A program made the translations under genes and the position numbers. A stretch of DNA of 14,453 nt. Origin: Octopus sinensis (taxonomy: Eukaryota). Below are positions 8,120 through 14,453 of this stretch, one piece after another. The number at the start of each line of letters is the position of its first letter. The stretch's first letter is position 1. The stretch lies in the NCBI RefSeq assembly GCF_006345805.1, contig NW_021825809.1, positions 1 to 14,453 on the forward strand, read 5' to 3'. The notes beneath the pieces are model-generated. The model worked only from the letters and a program-made list of their open reading frames with translations. It had not been told where the DNA came from and made no database searches.

Positions 8120-9014
8120 CCTGGGCGGTACCATTCAACAGCACTAAAATAAGTGTTGTTTAGGAACAAAACATACCAAAGAAACCACAACTTTCAAACA
8201 CATTTACTCTATGTGCAACAGTATCGGTAAATAAATTCAATAATTAAATCTGTAACCAACTCCTAAATATGTAATTAAACAGCGATTAACCCCTAAGTCA
8301 TACATTTTATTCCCTACAGCCTTCATAGTATAATATAGGCAGGATCAAACACTAAATTTTAAAATTAAACTACAACAAAGAAAGACATAAATCTAAGTAC
8401 ATCTGTATTAGCATTAATAATAAACTAAATAAATAAACTAAATAAATAAATAACTAAATTATATACTAAATAGTGACCAATCTTTAAGTTCATACAAATA
8501 ATAATCTCAAGTCTTCTATAGGTACTACTATAATAAAAAAGTAAAAGTCTTATATTTAATTCTTTCCAAAACAAAACACGATTGAATTTAATTTAATGAA
8601 AAATATAATAATTATGAGTGAAATACATTACTTCATAATTCGAAAGTAAATAATAAAAGCACTATATACTCATTAATATATATTACCCTTACACGCTTTA
8701 ATGTAAACTTACCAGTAACTAATAGAAACATTAAATTTATTAAATAAGAACTAATAAAAGTATACTTGTAATTAACTATTATTACATAACCTTGTTACAT
8801 TAAAGTTAGATACAAACATTTTTACAGAAAAAATACAAAGTATTAACGCTTACAAGGTTTTTCGGACCACGTATTTAATTACAATTAAATTTAAATATAT
8901 ATATATATATGTATATAACGGGAAGCTTTATAAAAATAAACAAAAGACGAAGGCTGGTGGAGTACAAACAAACAATTGTATTAGTATGGCGCTCAGGAAT
9001 ATAAATAAAACAAG

Positions 9015-9052
9015 TCTTTTACGTTTCGAGCTTACGCTCTTCAACAGAAAGA
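9015..9052 (-). ncRNA. Minimal type I hammerhead ribozyme (PLE type), A6U core variant
   Basis: Minus strand: UCUUU [stem I] CUGUUGA A GAGC-GUAA-GCUC [stem II] GAAA C-G U [palindromic ACGU stem III] A [cleavage, GUA] AAAGA [stem I]. All three helices pair perfectly. Confidence 0.8.
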
Positions 9053-9364
9053 TACACAGAAAAGAAACACGGACAGAAACAAGGAGAGAAAAAAATGCGT
9101 GCAGAAGCTAGCGATTCAACATGGCGAACTGATTCTGGCCAGAAGTCAGAGATCAAACATGAGACGCAAGAGCGAAAATAGGGGAGATAATAGGGTCAAA
9201 TGACTTCGCCCCAACATAAGGGTGCGTGTGTGTATGAGGGGTGTCCCCACAAATCATTAATATTTTCGTACCAGCTTTCATGAATATGTTTAACATATAT
9301 ATATTCTTTCTTCCACCTCACTGTCTATTTTGTATCCTATCTAAATTAACCATCCTCTTACACC

Positions 9365-9416
9365 GTGTCCGATGAAAGGATATAATTAATAAATATCCTG
9401 GAAACAGCTGTAAGAC
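9365..9416 (+). ncRNA. Degenerate second hammerhead-like motif
   Basis: GUGU CCGAUGA A AGGAUAU-AAUUAAUAA-AUAUCCU G GAAA CAGCUG U A AGAC. It has a 7-bp stem II and palindromic stem III ACAGCUGU, but the core has U4C, stem I pairs only 3/4, and there is an A.G mismatch at the base of stem II. Confidence 0.55.
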
Positions 9417-9483
9417 CTTATGTCTATAAATGTTCAAATATCTACACAGCCTTGTTTTTTTATCTCATTACGCAAAAAATTCT

Positions 9484-9790
<307 letters not shown>

Positions 9791-9821
9791 TATATATATA
9801 TATAATATATATATTATAATA

Positions 9822-9863
<42 letters not shown>

Positions 9864-9924
9864 TGTGTGTGTGTGTGCGTGTGTTTGTGTATGTATAATA
9901 TATATATAATATATATATATATAT
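9791..9924. repeat. (TA)n(TG)n(TA)n microsatellite
   Basis: Direct reading. Confidence 0.95.
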
Positions 9925-10374
9925 TTAACATTATATCTATACGTGGTTGAATTTATGCTTAAGGACGGTTGTATGTGTGCCGCAGTATGTTAGAATGAAT
10001 TGATAATCTTTAATAAAGGAACTGTAATCTTTCTTGTCTTGCTTTTACAATTTACTAATTTTGCCTTGGATTCAGTAAACGGTATAACAAGTTCTGTTTG
10101 ATTATCGCTATCGAAATCATCTGTTATTTTCACTCCTTCAATATTTATCACATTTACTAGATCTCATTTGACTTCCCAATTATTGTTGATAACCGAATTA
10201 TCAATTTGACATTTGTAATGAATGGTTGTTTCTTATATAATTTTTTAGTCGTATTAGATTGGCGGAACATTTACTGCCAATCTTTGATGTCACGCCATTT
10301 GGAATTATACTTCTCCGGAAAGTTGTGATCGGTATTTCTGAATTCTGTAGCTTTTGATATTAAGAATTGTTAGA

Positions 10375-10830
10375 AAGGCGGCAAGCTGGCAGAATCGTTA
10401 CCTAAGCCGGGTGAGGAATTCCAACCGTGTTTCGTGGTCTGCTGCCACAACAGCTTCTTTGTGGAATCCAGTTAGCTGAAGACATCATCAGGAGGAACCA
10501 CGTCCGGTTTCGGCCCCTACACCTCCTCTTCGGAGGTGTCTTCAGCTCTGGTGTTGGGTGCATGTCTTATTTCTTCTTCTTTCTTCTGTTCCCTGGCCTC
10601 TTCGATGTAGCGTCAACGAGTGTCAGCGGGAGACTGACTGTCTTGTCAGATTTCCCTTTAACAGCATTTTGTCTGCCTTTACATTCTGAGTTCAAATTCC
10701 GCCGAGGTCGATTTTGCTTTTCATCCTTTCAGGGTCGATAAATTAGCTGCAAATTGAGTTGTGGGGGCGATGTAATCGTCTTATTCCTACCCCGATGTTG
10801 CTGGCCTTTTTTTCCCAGGGATTTGAAATC
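10375..10830 (+). mobile_element. Family A SINE interrupted by a ~244-bp insert (10415-10658)
   Basis: Head aaggcggcaagctggcagaatcgtta...gccgggtga, then foreign sequence, then resumes aacagcattttgtctgcctttacattctgagttcaaattccgccgaggtcg. Confidence 0.87.
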
Positions 10831-10926
10831 GGCATTACCAATCTTTTTCAAATGATTCTAACATTTGTAAATGGTTGAGTGGACAATTCTTGATTCAGAT
10901 ACATAGTTATTATTGTTTGCATTGCT

Positions 10927-11140
10927 CAGAACGACGAGCTGGCAGAATCGTTATTACTCTGGACAAAATGCTAGCGGCATTCGTCCATCTTTAGGTTCTA
11001 ACCTCAAGTTCCGCCGAGGTCGACTTTGACGTTCATTGTTTCAGGGACGATAAAATGTGTTCCAGTCAAGCACGTGGATTGACGTAATCCATTTCCCCAT
11101 CCTGCAAAATTGCTGGCCCTGTGCCAAAATAAGAAAGTAT
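10927..11140 (+). mobile_element. Family A SINE (diverged)
   Basis: gacgagctggcagaatcgtta...ttccgccgaggtcgactttg...aaattgctggccctgtgccaaaat. Confidence 0.85.
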
Positions 11141-11151
11141 TTGGATTGCTC

Positions 11152-11370
11152 TAAGGCAGTGAGCTGACAGAATCATTAAAAGGACAGACAGAATGCTTAG
11201 CGGTATTTCGTCGTCTTTACATTCTGACTTCAAATTCCATCGATGTCAACTTTGATTTTCATCCTTTCGGAGTTGGAAAAAGTAAGTACTAATTGAATAC
11301 TGGGATCGATGAAATCGACTCACCCCTACCTCCAAAATTTCAAGCCTTATGTCTATACTAGAAGGGATTA
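11152..11370 (+). mobile_element. Family A SINE (diverged, ATT-tail subfamily)
   Basis: taaggcagtgagctgacagaatc...cttcaaattcc...ttcatcctttcgg...aaaatttcaagcct...agaagggatta. Confidence 0.85.
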
Positions 11371-11382
11371 CTTGTATTGTTC

Positions 11383-11552
11383 TAAGGCGGCAAGCTGATA
11401 GAATCGTTAAAATATCGGACAAAATGCTTAGCGGCATCTGCTTTCCATCTCTTTTGGGTCGATAAGATATATTCCTAGTTTTCCACAGGAGCTGATAGTA
11501 TCGACCAACCGCTTTCTCTAAAAATTTCTGACCTTGTGTGTAAATTAAAAAC
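11383..11552 (+). mobile_element. Family A SINE with internal deletion removing the B box
   Basis: Head aaggcggcaagctgatagaatcgtta...cttagcggcat joins directly to ctttccatctcttttgggtcgataag. Confidence 0.7.
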
Positions 11553-12374
11553 CATTATACAGATTTTTACCTTGTTTGTCAAAAACTATGTTCCCTACAG
11601 CATTCTTCTGATGTAATTATAAATTTATATTTTTTGATGAATTTATCTTGTCAGATTATTTTCGACATTACAATTCTCGCTAGTAAGAATAAAGTTGCTA
11701 AAGTTAATAATATACAAATTCGAAAAATACTTTGGTCCAATGTTAGAAAGTCTATCATGTGTACAGATGTGAACTAAGATGAAACAGAAAGTTGATTTTC
11801 GTTGGATTTGAACTCAGAAAGTAACGAGCCAGAGTAAATACTATATATGCCTATACTATTCTATACCCAGATATACTATATATCATAATAGAATGGACAC
11901 TATCATAATTAATGTAATTATCCAAATAAAACTTTTACTCATTGAATTTATAATCGAAGAGATGAAACAATATCATTGTACTCTTGACTAATCTTGGTTA
12001 ATTAAGAATGGGGAGAAAGTCTTAACAATTTAACTTAATTAAAATTCATTATATATGAAATGTAGTAGGAGAAAGTGTCGATCTTTGTCAGAACGATGTA
12101 TGTAGTATACTAGACTTCATCAGCGAACTATAACCTAACCGGTACTGCTAGTTCTTAGAATGACTTAGTGGTATGTTTTTTTGTGCTAAATAAGGACTGA
12201 GTGGCGTTATAAGTGAAAAAAATCATAAAGAACCAACCCAGTAACATCGCTGAGCAAAACATTAATGGTAAAGTAAATCCTTAACACGATGTACAAATTC
12301 CGCAGATTTCGATGCTGCCTTTTATACGTTCGAGATCGCTTAAAAAAACAACAAAGCAAAGCAGAAAAACAACA

Positions 12375-12537
12375 GGCGTAGGAGTGGCTGTGTGGTAAGT
12401 AGCTTGCTTACCAGCCACATGGTTCCGAGTTCAGTCCCACTGAGTGGCACCTTGGGCAAGTGTCTTCTACTATAGCCTCGGGCCGACCAAAGCCTTGTGA
12501 GTGGATTTGATGGACAGAAACTGAAAGAAGCCCGTCG

Positions 12538-12568
<31 letters not shown>

Positions 12569-12793
12569 TATGTGTGTGTATATGTTTGTATGTCTGTGTT
12601 TGTCCCTCCAACATCGTTTGACAACCGATGCTGGTGTGTTCACGTCCCTGTAACTTAGCGGTTCGGCAAAAGAGACAAATAGAATAAGTACTAGGCTTAC
12701 AAAGAATAAGTCCTGGGGTCGATTTGCTCGACTAAAGGCGGTGCTCCAGCATGGCCTCAGTCAAATGACTGAAACATGTAAAAGAATAAAAGA
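12375..12793 (+). mobile_element. tRNA-derived SINE, family B, full length with internal microsatellite
   Basis: A box TGGCTGTGTGG, B-box-like GAGTTCAGTCC, CCTTGGGCAAGT core, internal (TA)n(TG)n at 12538-12590, tail GTAAAAGAATAAAAGA. Homologous to 1880-2307 and 13700-14162. Confidence 0.93.
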
Positions 12794-13129
12794 CTAGTAA
12801 CCAATACTACCAATAAAAGCTATAACACATTGTTCTTAGCCTTATATGTGTGACCTTCAGTCTAAGTTTAGGCAGCCTTAGTATTATCATCGTCGTAGAG
12901 GCTGGTTAATCTCTAGTTTTTAGCTTCATTACCCTGTGCTTTTCGTTCAAATGCTGCTGGAGTAACCTTTGGCGATCATCCATTAGGAAGAAATTGATAA
13001 AATAAGCACCTGTCACATACGATGGTCTTGCTCCACTCAACTTCTCCACTCTCGCACAGAAGTTGGTCCTTGTCATAAGTAATTATTGCATTATACGTGG
13101 CGCATGTATATTTGTGTGAGTGAAAGTGT

Positions 13130-13494
13130 GTATACACACACGCACTGACAAACACACATACACATATATACGCATATATATATAAGCATCATAGATAAAA
13201 CACACACTCACACACAGGCACACACACATATATATATATATATGCTTGCTTTATCTATGATGCTTATATAAATACATTCATATATATATATATATATATA
13301 TAATATATATATATATACATATATATGTGTGTTTAAGCATATTACGTATACGTATATGTACGTACGTATGTATGTAAGTATATATATATACAAATACACA
13401 TATATACGTATATGTGTGTGTTTGTATGTGTGTGTATACATACGTACATTCATTCATACATACATACACATACATACATACATACATACATACA

Positions 13495-13526
<32 letters not shown>

Positions 13527-13552
13527 CGTATAAGTATATGCATACATATGTG
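13130..13552. repeat. Large compound microsatellite (CA, TA, TG, TACG, CATA units)
   Basis: Direct reading; explains ORFs 13208-13748. Confidence 0.95.
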
Positions 13553-13699
13553 CATCCTTATTTGGAAGTTCGTTTATTGCTTGTAAGAACACACAAAGAC
13601 TAATCTTCGAAAATAGAGGTGTGCAAACATCTACAAACAGGGTATATGAAATATAGACACTTACACACACATCCCTCAAAATATTAGTGTATATTCTTA

Positions 13700-13907
13700 T
13701 CTCTCTTTTACTTGTTTCAGTCCTTTGACTGCGGCCATGCTGGAGCACCGCCTTTAGTCGAGCAAGTCGACCCCGGGACTTATTCTTTGTAAGCTCAGTA
13801 CTTATTCTATCGGTTCTTTTGCCGTACCGCTAAGTGACGGGGACGTAAACACACCGACATCTTTTGTCAAGTGATGCTAGGGGGACAAACACAGACACAC
13901 AAACATA

Positions 13908-13958
<51 letters not shown>

Positions 13959-13959
13959 T

Positions 13960-14001
<42 letters not shown>

Positions 14002-14162
14002 CATATATACGACGGGCTTCTTTGAGTTTCCGTCTACCAAATCCACTTATAAGGTTTTGGTCGGCCCGAGACTATAGTAGAAGATACTTACCCAAGATGC
14101 CACGCTGTAGGACTGAACTCGGAACCATGTGGTTGGTAAGCAAGCTACTTACCACACAGCCA
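13700..14162 (-). mobile_element. tRNA-derived SINE, family B, with expanded internal microsatellite
   Basis: Reverse-complement homolog of 12375-12793; internal tract at about 13899-14009. Confidence 0.92.
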
Positions 14163-14453
14163 TGCGAGTATGCGCGTATTTATGTATGTGAGTTTCTTTG
14201 TTGTATATTTCTAGTTAGCAAGTCTCTTATTGCAAGATGCTTTTAGAACGTTCTGCAACGTAGTATTTAGTTTTAACTGTTGCCTGAAATAGCTGTAAAC
14301 AGTGCCAAAGTCACCCTGTAAGACTAGTGCATAGCTCCACTGATTAATAAAGCCCTGTAATCGATCGTCGCAATCTCATTATCATTAATACTTCATTTGT
14401 TGACCTCCAAAGGATTAAGGTGTAGCTAAAGTAGGATTTGATCCATTGAATTG

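Larger units (their letters stand above)
8917..9483. mobile_element. Non-coding Penelope-like (PLE) element remnant or pseudo-LTR module inserted in (TA)n
   Basis: Unique non-microsatellite block bounded by (TA)n on both sides. It contains minimal hammerhead motifs preceded by pyrimidine-rich tracts, an architecture typical of PLE pseudo-LTRs. No RT or GIY-YIG ORF. Confidence 0.65.

Noticed and set aside
8130-8870. Very AT-rich, strand-skewed block resembling mitochondrial DNA (NUMT), including a minus-strand TAG|TTACTG|GTAAGT microexon-like signal near 8707-8730
   Set aside because: No recognisable mitochondrial protein, rRNA or tRNA motif, and such splice-like words are common in AT-rich DNA. 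A BLASTN against cephalopod mitogenomes would settle the NUMT question.
10427-10741. 104-aa plus-strand ORF
   Set aside because: It spans the insert and the SINE B-box/core, so it is a chimeric, fortuitous frame.
12286-14446. Further faint family A-like fragments (about 11803-11842, 12286-12335, 12940-13075, 14388-14446)
   Set aside because: Too diverged to delimit reliably by eye, so not listed as features.

Overview
AT-rich eukaryotic, repeat-dominated DNA with no intact protein-coding gene, rRNA, true tRNA or CRISPR array. Almost every ORF in the supplied track is a translation of microsatellites or SINEs. The repeat families match ones I recall from Octopus (coleoid cephalopod) genomes; this is an inference, not a database result. 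Contents: (i) about 25 copies or fragments of at least four tRNA-headed SINE families (labelled A-D here), several with clean target-site duplications; (ii) a 541-bp TA-flanked Tc1/mariner-pogo-type MITE; (iii) a decayed RTE-clade LINE 3' end; (iv) many microsatellites; (v) a roughly 570-bp TA-embedded, Penelope-like element. The most interesting signal is in (v): a near-perfect minimal type I hammerhead ribozyme on the minus strand (9015-9052, CUGUUGA core variant, palindromic stem III) and a second, different, more degenerate hammerhead-like motif on the plus strand (9365-9416), both pointing outward. Other notable items are a head-to-tail SINE trimer inside one 17-bp TSD, a SINE that appears to insert specifically into (TA)n, a 244-bp GC-rich structured insert inside a SINE, and weak traces of decayed coding sequence on the minus strand.
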